A stretch of 43,841 nucleotides of DNA from Candidatus Peregrinibacteria bacterium (GCA_030618315.1 JAUXDO010000001.1:1-43841), one strand, 5' to 3'. Numbered from the stretch's first letter, positions 34,880 to 42,516 are shown. The notes: generated from the sequence alone by a model not told the origin. A program made the numbers and translations.

Positions 34880-35317
34880 TCAGACAAGTTCCGCACATTC
34901 AGCCCCACATCGCTTTAAAGCTACTATTAGAAGCATTCTGCAATAGGCTGTTTTCCTTATCCAATCCTCACGCTTTGAACTAATGATATTTCCTATAAGT
35001 CTTTCATCGTTCATATCATCAACAAATTCAAGACCGATTTCATAAGCCTTTTTTGAAAATTTATCTTTTGATGCCAAATCAACTTCTTTCAAATTGTCTC
35101 TTAACGCCATTATGACATATTCAACATCACGCATTTTAGGATTTAATCCTTCATTTTTAGCTTGTCGCAGATATTTTGCGTTATCCTCTGTTTGTATCTC
35201 TATAAAACCCGCGATTTCACGCTCATCCAAAGGTCTTGTTTCACAATCTTCCCCTGCTTTCACAGGATTATCTGTAATTTCTTTGCCGGATGTAATATTA
35301 AATATTCGTCCCATCAT
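34880..35317 (-). CDS. Hypothetical protein
   Basis: 145-aa ORF with no recognised motif. Confidence 0.45.
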   Translation of the reverse strand: MMGRIFNITSGKEITDNPVKAGEDCETRPLDEREIAGFIEIQTEDNAKYLRQAKNEGLNPKMRDVEYVIMALRDNLKEVDLASKDKFSKKAYEIGLEFVDDMNDERLIGNIISSKREDWIRKTAYCRMLLIVALKRCGAECAELV

Positions 35318-35431
35318 ATTCGGGTATCTTAAGGTAGCGATTATATCCTAGAGATTGGCAAAGTCAATTAAAATGAAAAAGACCTTGAACTCTGACTGAA
35401 AACTATCTAGAATAATTTAGCAAATTGACAA

Positions 35432-35486
35432 GCGGGTATCGTATAATGGCTATTACCTCCCGCTTAGCGGGATGATAGGGGTTCGA
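35432..35486 (+). pseudogene. tRNA-Gly 5' fragment with the anticodon arm replaced by a 15-nt palindrome
   Basis: 35432-35457 is identical to tRNA positions 1-26. 35458-35472 is tcccgcttagcggga. 35473-35486 is identical to tRNA positions 44-57. The sequence then diverges, with no 3' T-stem or acceptor strand. Confidence 0.8.
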
Positions 35487-35504
35487 AATCATAGGAAAAA
35501 ATAT

Positions 35505-35579
35505 GCGGGTATCGTATAATGGCTATTACCACGGCCTTCCAAGCCGTTGATAGGGGTTCGATCCCCCTTACCCGCTCCA
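35505..35579 (+). tRNA. tRNA-Gly (anticodon UCC), CCA encoded
   Basis: Manual cloverleaf. Acceptor gcgggta/tacccgc, anticodon stem acggc/gccgt with loop cuUCCaa, T arm agggg-ttcgatc-cccct, discriminator U, then CCA. Confidence 0.85.
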
Positions 35580-35617
35580 AAAAATTCTTCACTATGTTAA
35601 GTGGAGTTTTTTGTTAG

Positions 35618-35675
35618 TGGCTATTACCTCCCGCTAAGCGGGATGATAGGGGTTCGATCCCCCTTACCCGCTCCA
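35618..35675 (+). pseudogene. tRNA-Gly 3' fragment with the anticodon arm replaced by a 15-nt palindrome
   Basis: 35618-35628 is identical to tRNA positions 16-26. 35629-35643 is tcccgctaagcggga. 35644-35675 is identical to tRNA positions 44-75, including CCA. There is no 5' acceptor strand. Confidence 0.8.
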
Positions 35676-35771
35676 ATAGCAATCTGAATAACGAATTGAG
35701 AACAAATGATTGTTTGTTTTTGGCTTATTTCTGATTTACTATTTCTTAAATAAAAAAATATTTAAAAAACC

Positions 35772-35792
35772 ATCTCCACCAGAGGTGGAGAT
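35772..35792 (-). terminator. Rho-independent terminator (bidirectional context)
   Basis: atctccacc-aga-ggtggagat is flanked by an A-run upstream and a T-rich tract downstream. On the minus strand it is followed by TTTTTT after the zinc-ribbon gene. Confidence 0.65.
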
Positions 35793-35819
35793 TGTCTTTT
35801 AATCGATAAAGAAAGTAGG

Positions 35820-35969
35820 CTATTTCTTCTTTGAAGGAAGAATCCTGTACATTCCGCATCCGCATGTACCACATTTACCTTTCATAGCAGGTCGGCCATT
35901 CTTCATTTTTACTTCTTTAGCGTCTTCAATTTCACGCTTTTTCTTACATTTTACACAATATCCTTGCAT
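35820..35969 (-). CDS. Small zinc-ribbon protein (DUF5679-like)
   Basis: MQGYCVKCKKKREIEDAKEVKMKNGRPAMKGKCGTCGCGMYRILPSKKK has a CxxC...CxxC layout. I prefer the start at 35969 over the longer track ORF. Confidence 0.6.
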   Translation of the reverse strand: MQGYCVKCKKKREIEDAKEVKMKNGRPAMKGKCGTCGCGMYRILPSKKK

Positions 35970-36077
35970 ATTTGTTTGTATTATAAAATAAACTGTATGA
36001 AGTATAGCACATAGGATGTATTTAACCATAGCTAAATTTATTTTTTATTAGTATAAAATATTACTAGCTATCGCTCA

Positions 36078-36115
36078 ATTTAAAATTTGTAATTTAAAAT
36101 TTAAAATTTGTAATT
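36078..36115. repeat. Tandem heptamer array (tttaaaa / tttgtaa units)
   Basis: atttaaaatttgtaatttaaaatttaaaatttgtaatt. The related unit aaattgt/aaatttg is used at 42011-42133. Confidence 0.7.
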
Positions 36116-36158
36116 ATAATGTTAGTCTGTTTCAGCTTACTTCATAAAATAAAATCCA

Positions 36159-36566
36159 ATGACCGCTGTTAAACCAAATCAAATTGAGAATAAACTTGTT
36201 GAGCTTATGGGGCTTAAAGACAAGCTTTTGGACTCAAAAGAAATGTTAAAATCATTTAAAATAAAGTCGGATAGGCTTAAGGATTTACAGACTGCCTACA
36301 AGGATCTTAGAGATCAGATTTCTGAAGAAAAGGATAAAATTGAGAATGAATTTTACGAGGATAAAGATTATGAAAAAGCAAAAAATGATGACTTAACTTA
36401 TAAGAATCAAATAAAGGAAAAAAGTTCAGAGCTTCGTGAGATCATGAAAGAGGTTGATATTGATAAACAACTTGCGACTTATGATTACAACATCAAAGGT
36501 GAAAAACTTAAGATGCAGGTCGAAAGAGTTGTGAAGGTTTATATTAATGGGAGAGAGGAGAAGTAA
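36159..36566 (+). CDS. Hypothetical coiled-coil protein
   Basis: 135 aa, K/E/D-rich with heptad-like composition and no recognised motif. Confidence 0.5.
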   Translation: MTAVKPNQIENKLVELMGLKDKLLDSKEMLKSFKIKSDRLKDLQTAYKDLRDQISEEKDKIENEFYEDKDYEKAKNDDLTYKNQIKEKSSELREIMKEVDIDKQLATYDYNIKGEKLKMQVERVVKVYINGREEK

Positions 36567-36704
36567 TTCAGATTTCGGATTTCTGATTTGTGAATCGATT
36601 TGAGATTTTTCATTTCGTATTTTTCGTATAATTAATACTGCTCACAAAATGCAACATCTAGAATAAAAAATATGAATCTGAAATCAGAAATCTGAAATCT
36701 GAAT
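36567..36704. repeat. 'tgaaatc' family element, copy 3 (138 nt)
   Basis: Arms ttcagatttcggatttctgatttgtgaatc (36567-36596) and gaatctgaaatcagaaatctgaaatctgaat (36674-36704) are complementary apart from a few mismatches. It fills the convergent gap exactly, from stop to near stop. Confidence 0.8.
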
Positions 36705-36710
36705 TGTACT

Positions 36711-37328
36711 CTATTTAGCTCGAAAGTGAATGGAAACAACTCCGTTTATTACGATTACGACTGTATAGAAAGTTAGAACCAGTTGCGCAATTACAAGGCC
36801 TTTTGCACCTGCAGAAAGTGGGATTATATCGCCATAACCTACTGTTAAAAGTGTAACGACGCTGAAGTACAGACTATCCAGAATTGATAGTGCTCTGGAG
36901 AAAGATGCCGGCTCCCAGAAGCTTATCAATCTATACCAAATTGCGAATACGAGTACTACCTGAATAATATTAAAACTAAACATCAGTATCAGCCACTGAC
37001 CTCTTCTTCCTGGTGTTTTAAAATCAGTAAAGATCCGTCCTTTGTTTAATATGAAATTTCGTGAATAGACTATTAAAAACTCAATAACCCGCTGAATTAA
37101 TAAAATTGAGATTACTAATGCCAGCCAATAAGGAAATAGATGTACTGTAAATAATAATACCGCACAAATTGCTGTAATAATAACCATCATCACTTCCAGC
37201 TTGCTGAAAATATGCTCCTGCGATCTGAATATCCAGTTAGACAGTGTAAACCATCTATTACCGAATTCAACAGCTCTGCTGAAATGATCAACAATTACGC
37301 CTCTTTTTGGTTCATTTAGATGTTCCAT
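36711..37328 (-). CDS. Potassium channel-family protein (pore-loop TVGYGD)
   Basis: 205 aa. Hydrophobic helices flank the K+ selectivity filter LLTVGYGDIIP. Confidence 0.75.
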   Translation of the reverse strand: MEHLNEPKRGVIVDHFSRAVEFGNRWFTLSNWIFRSQEHIFSKLEVMMVIITAICAVLLFTVHLFPYWLALVISILLIQRVIEFLIVYSRNFILNKGRIFTDFKTPGRRGQWLILMFSFNIIQVVLVFAIWYRLISFWEPASFSRALSILDSLYFSVVTLLTVGYGDIIPLSAGAKGLVIAQLVLTFYTVVIVINGVVSIHFRAK

Positions 37329-37430
37329 ATTTTTTTTTGTTTATTTATAATTTATATCTTGATTATATCACGTAATATTTTATGTACCCAAAAAAATACT
37401 AGTATGTAATTTATCTATCCTCAATATCTC

Positions 37431-37988
37431 CTAGTTCCACCTATTTCTTTCATGAGTTCTATCTATTCCTCTTTGAGCCCTTTTTTTCCTCCTATTTATA
37501 CCACCTCTCTCCCTTCTTCCAATAAATACCGAATTGCTTAGCGGACTGTCAGACAATTCGATAAGAATACTACTGTCATTCACTCTGGGTTCCTCAGTAT
37601 CTGACAACGTACGTTCCTCAAGTTCACAAAGTATTTTTTCAACAAACCTTCTGATTTTTTCAGGTGCAATCATATGTAGACCCTTTGCATCGACTAGGAC
37701 TGTTGACCTTTTTTTAATCTCATTTATATCGTCTCTTATCTCAGTCAATAATACTCTGATTTTCGGGAATTTTTTTGATCTTTTTGGATGGACATCCCAA
37801 TATATACAGCATCCTCTTGCTACATCATCGGCCTGATTTAGAAATCCAATCGGTTTTTTAGCTCTTAATAATTCATACATCGAATCTCTTAATCTTTTTA
37901 TTTCTATATTTTTTAGGTTAGGTAAACAATCAACTAAATAGGCTAGTAGGTCGTCAAATTTCCTCTCAATATTAATAACTTCTTCCAT
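37431..37988 (-). CDS. Hypothetical protein with a basic C-terminal tail
   Basis: The ORF is open to 38036, but its first 16 codons are encoded by the 38027-38060 palindrome. MEEVINIERK... (ATG at 37988) is the more plausible start. No recognised motif. Confidence 0.4.
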   Translation of the reverse strand: MEEVINIERKFDDLLAYLVDCLPNLKNIEIKRLRDSMYELLRAKKPIGFLNQADDVARGCCIYWDVHPKRSKKFPKIRVLLTEIRDDINEIKKRSTVLVDAKGLHMIAPEKIRRFVEKILCELEERTLSDTEEPRVNDSSILIELSDSPLSNSVFIGRRERGGINRRKKRAQRGIDRTHERNRWN

Positions 37989-38026
37989 ACTTGTTTTAAA
38001 TGTAAAAAATAATTGGTAAGCAAAAT

Positions 38027-38060
38027 ACCATATCACTTGATATATGTCAAGTGATATGGT
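38027..38060. promoter_or_regulatory. Perfect 14-bp inverted repeat in a divergent gap (operator-like)
   Basis: accatatcacttga-tatatg-tcaagtgatatggt. Both flanking track ORFs 'start' at GTG inside the arms and so both read MIWY. Confidence 0.5.
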
Positions 38061-38363
38061 ACAATTGCGAGATAAAACAATTTTTATTCAACAAAGCACT
38101 TAGGGCACTTTTAATAACAAACGGCATGATTTTGATTGCCACAGCTATGCTTGGATCAATATATGCATTATTTGTTGAGAAGATCGGCGGTGATTCGCTC
38201 GACGCAAGTATTGCCGGTGCTATATTTGCCTTAACTGCCGGTTTTGTAACGAGGGCTAATCGTTACAAGATTTGGATTCGACGCGATCTTTATTATCATG
38301 GCCGCACTTAGTTATATAAGTGCTTCTTATCTTCTTTTACTATCACCAAAAAAAGTACTTTAA
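38051..38363 (+). pseudogene. MFS-transporter remnant (N-terminal and C-terminal pieces joined out of frame)
   Basis: Frame A reads ...FNKALRALLITNGMILIATAMLGSIYALFVEKIGGDSLDASIAGAIFALTAGFVT, like MFS TM1-TM2. The +1 frame from 38250 reads RGLIVTRFGFDAIFIIMAALSYISASYLLLLSPKKVL, like a final MFS helix, up to the stop at 38361-38363. The roughly 300 aa between them are absent. Confidence 0.45.
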
Positions 38364-38422
38364 ATTGACTTTTATATAAAATATTGGAATAATGATGTCT
38401 AATATTTTTTTAATGCCCCTCC

Positions 38423-38698
38423 GTGTTTTTTAATTCATCCTCAAAATCCTCTATTGATGAACTTATTTGGTATTACAAACAAAATGAAACTATTTTTCAG
38501 GATACAATAAATTGCTGTTCACACAATGAATTAAAAAATCTTAGATGTGCAATTGCTAAACAGATTAGACGTTTGTCAGCTTCCATAAAAAAAGGGCTGA
38601 AATCAAAAGATTGCGTTGATCAATATACACAGCTTACAACACTAAAAAAAATCAGAGCTAAGATAAAAATCAGACTAGATATGGAATCAAGTGATTGA
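38423..38698 (+). CDS. Hypothetical protein
   Basis: 91-aa ORF with a GTG start and no recognised motif. Weak support. Confidence 0.3.
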   Translation: MFFNSSSKSSIDELIWYYKQNETIFQDTINCCSHNELKNLRCAIAKQIRRLSASIKKGLKSKDCVDQYTQLTTLKKIRAKIKIRLDMESSD

Positions 38699-38738
38699 TA
38701 ATAATCAATAATATTTAATAATTTATTACTTTACTTTT

Positions 38739-39629
38739 ATGACTGAAGTTAACCCGATTTTAGAAGCATCAAAACGACTGATTAATTCTGCCAATGCAGG
38801 TAACGATATTTCTGATATATTAAAATACCTTTCACGCGAAAATCTTGAAGATGTCTTAATTCATCTTAAGTCACATCGGGTTATTTTTGCTGATTTGTTT
38901 AAATCTCCCAAGAAGGCCGATAAAATTGTACATAGTGTAATAATCAAAATTCAGGAGGCTATTAAAACTAGTGAGCCATCTCCTTCAAAACCAGTACGTC
39001 AAACTGTGACTAATAAAACATCTCACTCTCAGGATAACCTTCCTAAATCACTTCCGTCCAGATTGTCGCCAGATAGAATTGTTGATCTGCTAGCGGAAAA
39101 ACTTACTACGCGTAAAGAAATCCTTGACCCCCGGCACGTCAAAGAAATAATTAAGGAGGTCCGTCAGAATACTAATACTAAAAACACACGCACTACTTTA
39201 GATAGCTCCAGTAACTCTCGTGATTTAAAACCAAATGAATTTATGACTTTTGGGGGAGACTTAATTGTCCACGGAATAAGAACTGATAAATTACCTGTCT
39301 CATTTAAAGGAAAAACCACTGATTCACCTATTAAAGCCAAAGAAAAAACCCTAGAAATACCGTCTAAAATGACTGAAGCAGATGAAATTGTAGGTTTTCT
39401 GATAGAGAGAGTGGTTGATACCGAGGAATCTGCTATAAGATCTGCGCTAAATAAGCTTAAGAATAAACTTTTAAACGAAGTTGTTGAAGATGCTTTTAAT
39501 CATCCGGATACATCGCTTGAAATAAAATCTGTTATGCATATTGTTCAGGGCGTACGAGCGTCAAGAAAAGTAAAGCCTGACGATTCGTCTTCTACAATAC
39601 CTGCATTTACCAATAATATATTAGATTAG
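38739..39629 (+). CDS. Hypothetical protein
   Basis: 296-aa ORF with a low-complexity S/T/K-rich centre and no recognised motif. Confidence 0.45.
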   Translation: MTEVNPILEASKRLINSANAGNDISDILKYLSRENLEDVLIHLKSHRVIFADLFKSPKKADKIVHSVIIKIQEAIKTSEPSPSKPVRQTVTNKTSHSQDNLPKSLPSRLSPDRIVDLLAEKLTTRKEILDPRHVKEIIKEVRQNTNTKNTRTTLDSSSNSRDLKPNEFMTFGGDLIVHGIRTDKLPVSFKGKTTDSPIKAKEKTLEIPSKMTEADEIVGFLIERVVDTEESAIRSALNKLKNKLLNEVVEDAFNHPDTSLEIKSVMHIVQGVRASRKVKPDDSSSTIPAFTNNILD

Positions 39630-39635
39630 AAAGCA

Positions 39636-42041
39636 TCAATTTGTGTTTTCAATAATCTTCTCCAAAAACTCCGTTGGATACAGCTGAGGTTTTTCTTCGA
39701 GTGCCTGATGATAAATTACAGTGGATGGCGTTAAACCAGGAGTAGTATTTGCTTCGATAATGATTAGCTCACCTGTTTTTATGTGCATAAAAGCATCTAT
39801 TCGGCAGTAACCCGAAAACCCCATGGCTTTTGCAACTTTTTCCACTCTCTCCATCGCCTTTTTAACAGCGGATGGCTTTACATAAGGGGTTGGAGGTGGA
39901 GTAATATTCACGCCAGTCCCCCCTTGAAACTTTTCTTCCAGACTTAGGATATTGCCAACTGCTACGGTTATACTTGGTGACATCGCTTTCATCTTACCTT
40001 TTCGTTCCAAAAGACCCATTGTTATTTCAATCCAATTATTCCTTGTTTGCCATTTGAGTTTATTTTTGATTACGCGGACTTTGTCGGTTGTAATAAATTG
40101 CTCAAACATTATGTTCTTCATTTTCTGATGAGGCATATCGATAATCCCATGTTGCTTTGTTAATTTTCCTTCAGGAATCATAGGAGACGCTTTTAGAGCG
40201 TATTTTAAATAAACCTCCAGATCTTTTGGTGTGTAAAGCCTTGCAATGCCCGAACTGCACCCATCATCAACGGGTTTTACGATTATTGTTCGGCTTTCAA
40301 GTTCTTGTGCCAATCCTCTCCAATACCTTTTGTAATCGACTGGTTTAAACTTTTTAAACTGAATCATTTTTTCCACTCTTTTGAACGCTGAGCTAATGCC
40401 TTCTTTTTTTAGATGCTTAATAGCTTCACCCGTTTTATATTTATCTATACCAAGTTTTGATGCTACTCCGCCAGAACCATTAAATGGAACTTTTGCTTTT
40501 TCCAGCATTTTCTGCAGAGTGCCGTCTTCCCCAATCCCGCCATGTAAACCAATAAATACATATTTAGATTTTTTGATGAAGTCTTTGAGTGTCATCTTTT
40601 CCGGGAAGAACCACGGTTCTGAAATATCACCTTCATCCGGACTTAATTTTTCAATTACGCGTTCTATTAAAGCTCGCAACCTATCTTCATCATCTTTTGC
40701 ATTAACACAATTTTTCATAATCTCTTCTACAGTATGATTCAATGTAAGAGAATACGGCAGATGCCAAACATTATGATTCATATCGAGCAGGTATGGTTCC
40801 GGTTTGTATTTATCTGAACGCTTGAGCTTGAGCCATACGTTTGTACCGGACATGACGGAAACTTGGCGCTCGGCTGTCTTGCCTCCGAAGAGGACGTTGA
40901 TTTGTGATTTGTGATTTTTGATTTGTGATTTCAAATTCTCAATTCTCAAATCACAATTCTCAAATTTTATACCGTATCGTCGACAGGCACTCTTCACAAT
41001 ATAAAGCAAAACGTCCCTATGGCTCATTCCTATTCTGGATGACTGCATAAAAAGAAAACTGTTTTGCTCCATTCCGCTTATCGGATTGAAGTCTGAAAAC
41101 CATAAATTTCCATCCGGCATCAACCACCCATCGAACCTTGCAAAGTTTCTCATTCCGAGAAGTTTAAATAATTGCTCTGACTGGATTTGAATCCTTCTGA
41201 TTACATCTTCAGAAAAACGCGGCGGACAGTGATATGTTACCTGTCTTGATGCTAAATATTTTTTTCTATAATCGAATATCTGATGGTCACTATAATCTAG
41301 CTCCATTTCTGTAGGAAGGACTGCTACCGGCATACCAAAGCGATTCTCTAATATGATTACAGTAAACTCAACCCCATTACAAAAAGGTTCAACAACTAAC
41401 CTTGTATCTACTCTTTTTGAGAAAAGATCATGAGCAACTTTTAGGGCCTCATCTACTGTTGAAACTGAACTTACTCCAATGCTTGAACCTCCTGTTGCAG
41501 GTTTCACTACTGCACGTTTGATTTTATGGTCCTTAAAAAACTTATTGATTATCTGTTTGTGATTTTTTAAATGACTTTTTAATAAAACAGATGGAAGAGT
41601 ATAGAATCCATTATCTCTTATAAACTCATTCGCATTAAATTTATCAAATGCCCGTTTACATGCGTCTTCCGGTGAGCCAATACATGGAATTTTGTATCTT
41701 TTAAGAATGCGCTGGATTTCCCCGTCCTCACCAAATGGGCCGTGCATTACAGGAAATGCAAGGTCGACTGTTTTGAGATATTTACCTAAGGCAGATTTGG
41801 ATAATGGCTTTCCTGATGAGTGTAATTTAAAATCAAAATCTGATGGAGTATTTGAATAAAGCTGGCTTCTGGAAATCAGATAGGCATTTTTTTTATGGTC
41901 GAAATAGATTGGAAGTATTTCTATCTCCTCTGAATGTAAGTGGTCGCAAACGGAGCGTGCGGAGTTGAGGGAGATACCTCTCTCCAATGATGGACCGCCA
42001 CACAACAAAGCAATTTTCAATTTACAATTTACAATTTTCAT
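39636..42041 (-). CDS. ddl: Tandem-fused D-alanine--D-alanine ligase-family protein (two complete ATP-grasp Ddl-like modules)
   Basis: Module 1: KIALLCGGPSLERGISLNSA..., VKPATGGSSIGV, ARFDGWL..DGNLWFSDFNPISGM. Module 2: INVLFGGKTAERQVSVMSG..., VKPVDDGCSSGI, CRIDAFM...ELIIIEANTTPGLTPSTV. They are joined by ENCDLRIENLKSQIKNHKSQ. Confidence 0.85.
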   Translation of the reverse strand: MKIVNCKLKIALLCGGPSLERGISLNSARSVCDHLHSEEIEILPIYFDHKKNAYLISRSQLYSNTPSDFDFKLHSSGKPLSKSALGKYLKTVDLAFPVMHGPFGEDGEIQRILKRYKIPCIGSPEDACKRAFDKFNANEFIRDNGFYTLPSVLLKSHLKNHKQIINKFFKDHKIKRAVVKPATGGSSIGVSSVSTVDEALKVAHDLFSKRVDTRLVVEPFCNGVEFTVIILENRFGMPVAVLPTEMELDYSDHQIFDYRKKYLASRQVTYHCPPRFSEDVIRRIQIQSEQLFKLLGMRNFARFDGWLMPDGNLWFSDFNPISGMEQNSFLFMQSSRIGMSHRDVLLYIVKSACRRYGIKFENCDLRIENLKSQIKNHKSQINVLFGGKTAERQVSVMSGTNVWLKLKRSDKYKPEPYLLDMNHNVWHLPYSLTLNHTVEEIMKNCVNAKDDEDRLRALIERVIEKLSPDEGDISEPWFFPEKMTLKDFIKKSKYVFIGLHGGIGEDGTLQKMLEKAKVPFNGSGGVASKLGIDKYKTGEAIKHLKKEGISSAFKRVEKMIQFKKFKPVDYKRYWRGLAQELESRTIIVKPVDDGCSSGIARLYTPKDLEVYLKYALKASPMIPEGKLTKQHGIIDMPHQKMKNIMFEQFITTDKVRVIKNKLKWQTRNNWIEITMGLLERKGKMKAMSPSITVAVGNILSLEEKFQGGTGVNITPPPTPYVKPSAVKKAMERVEKVAKAMGFSGYCRIDAFMHIKTGELIIIEANTTPGLTPSTVIYHQALEEKPQLYPTEFLEKIIENTN
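40897..40966. repeat. Heptamer arrays inside the Ddl-Ddl linker coding sequence
   Basis: gatttgt gatttgt gattttt gatttgt gatttca, followed by aattctc aattctc aaatcac aattctc aaatttt. Only ttgtgattt/aaatcacaa is truly complementary. Confidence 0.7.
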
Positions 42042-42133
42042 TTAACAAATGTAATTATTCGCAAGGATTGTACATTAAATTTTTGGCTTAAGCAAAGTGT
42101 TTTAAAATTTAAAATTGTAAATTGTAAATTTGT
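42011..42133. repeat. Heptad-periodic palindrome straddling the ddl start codon
   Basis: 42019-42038 aatttacaatttacaatttt is the exact reverse complement of 42111-42130 aaaattgtaaattgtaaatt (20 bp). The left arm encodes Ddl residues 2-8 (KIVNCKL). Confidence 0.8.
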
Positions 42134-42169
42134 GACGATTTTTTCGCATAATTAAAAATACAATAAGTT

Positions 42170-42197
42170 TTGACAAATATTAAAAAATTGTTAAAAT
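42170..42197 (+). promoter_or_regulatory. Sigma70-type promoter with extended -10
   Basis: TTGACA (42170-75), a 16-nt spacer ending in TGT, then TAAAAT (42192-97). Confidence 0.5.
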
Positions 42198-42259
42198 TAG
42201 AATCTCGTGAATGTCGTATTGGCTAATAGTGGTCATACGATGATCGAGACAACAACAAA

Positions 42260-42277
42260 GGTATTGATATCAATACC
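42260..42277 (+). promoter_or_regulatory. Perfect 18-nt palindrome in the 5' leader, immediately before the SD
   Basis: ggtattgatatcaatacc is followed by acttttGGAGGGaaaATG. Nearly the same hairpin recurs in the terminator at 42492-42508. Confidence 0.55.
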
Positions 42278-42292
42278 ACTTTTGGAGGGAAA

Positions 42293-42469
42293 ATGCCTAG
42301 ACCTAGTAAACTGCCGTTCGGGAAACATGAATCGGATAATTTTAAAAAGTCCGCAACTGTAAAGATTGCGAAAAGTCAGCACAAGTGTCCCAGATGCGGG
42401 ACAATGCTTGGAAATATAAATGACCACAGCAATTGTCCTACATGCAAGGCAAAGTTTAAATTTTTCTAG
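42293..42469 (+). CDS. Small zinc-ribbon protein (58 aa; below the ORF-track cut-off)
   Basis: MPRPSKLPFGKHESDNFKKSATVKIAKSQHKCPRCGTMLGNINDHSNCPTCKAKFKFF. A GGAGGG SD lies 3 nt upstream. CPRC...CPTC pairs. It has its own promoter and terminator. Confidence 0.55.
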   Translation: MPRPSKLPFGKHESDNFKKSATVKIAKSQHKCPRCGTMLGNINDHSNCPTCKAKFKFF

Positions 42470-42487
42470 TCACCTCCCCTCCTTTTA

Positions 42488-42516
42488 GAAAGGTATGATA
42501 TCAATACCTTTTTTCC
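42488..42516 (+). terminator. Rho-independent terminator
   Basis: gaaaggtat-gatatca-atacctttt followed by a T-run. Confidence 0.65.

Noticed and set aside
35458-35472. Reading the replaced anticodon arm as a 7-nt loop GCUUAGC with anticodon UUA (an ochre suppressor tRNA)
   Set aside because: G32 and C38 would pair, collapsing the loop to 3 nt, and U33 is absent. The other copy has UAA instead of UUA. Fragment 1 lacks a T-stem and 3' acceptor strand, and fragment 3 lacks a 5' acceptor strand. Neither can fold into a tRNA.
35318-35700. Integrated prophage or genomic island defined by tRNA-derived att repeats
   Set aside because: The duplicated tRNA segments are only about 130 bp apart and enclose just the functional tRNA. 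No integrase, excisionase or phage genes are in the window.
38051-38311. Treating the 86-aa ORF as an intact small membrane protein
   Set aside because: Its N-terminal 60 residues look like the first two helices of an MFS transporter. A +1 frame continues with a typical last MFS helix. Its 'start' is a GTG inside a palindrome arm. A deletion remnant is more plausible.
42233-42427. 64-aa minus-strand ORF
   Set aside because: It is antisense to a better-supported plus-strand unit, which has a promoter, a GGAGGG SD, a CxxC...CxxC zinc-ribbon ORF and a terminator.
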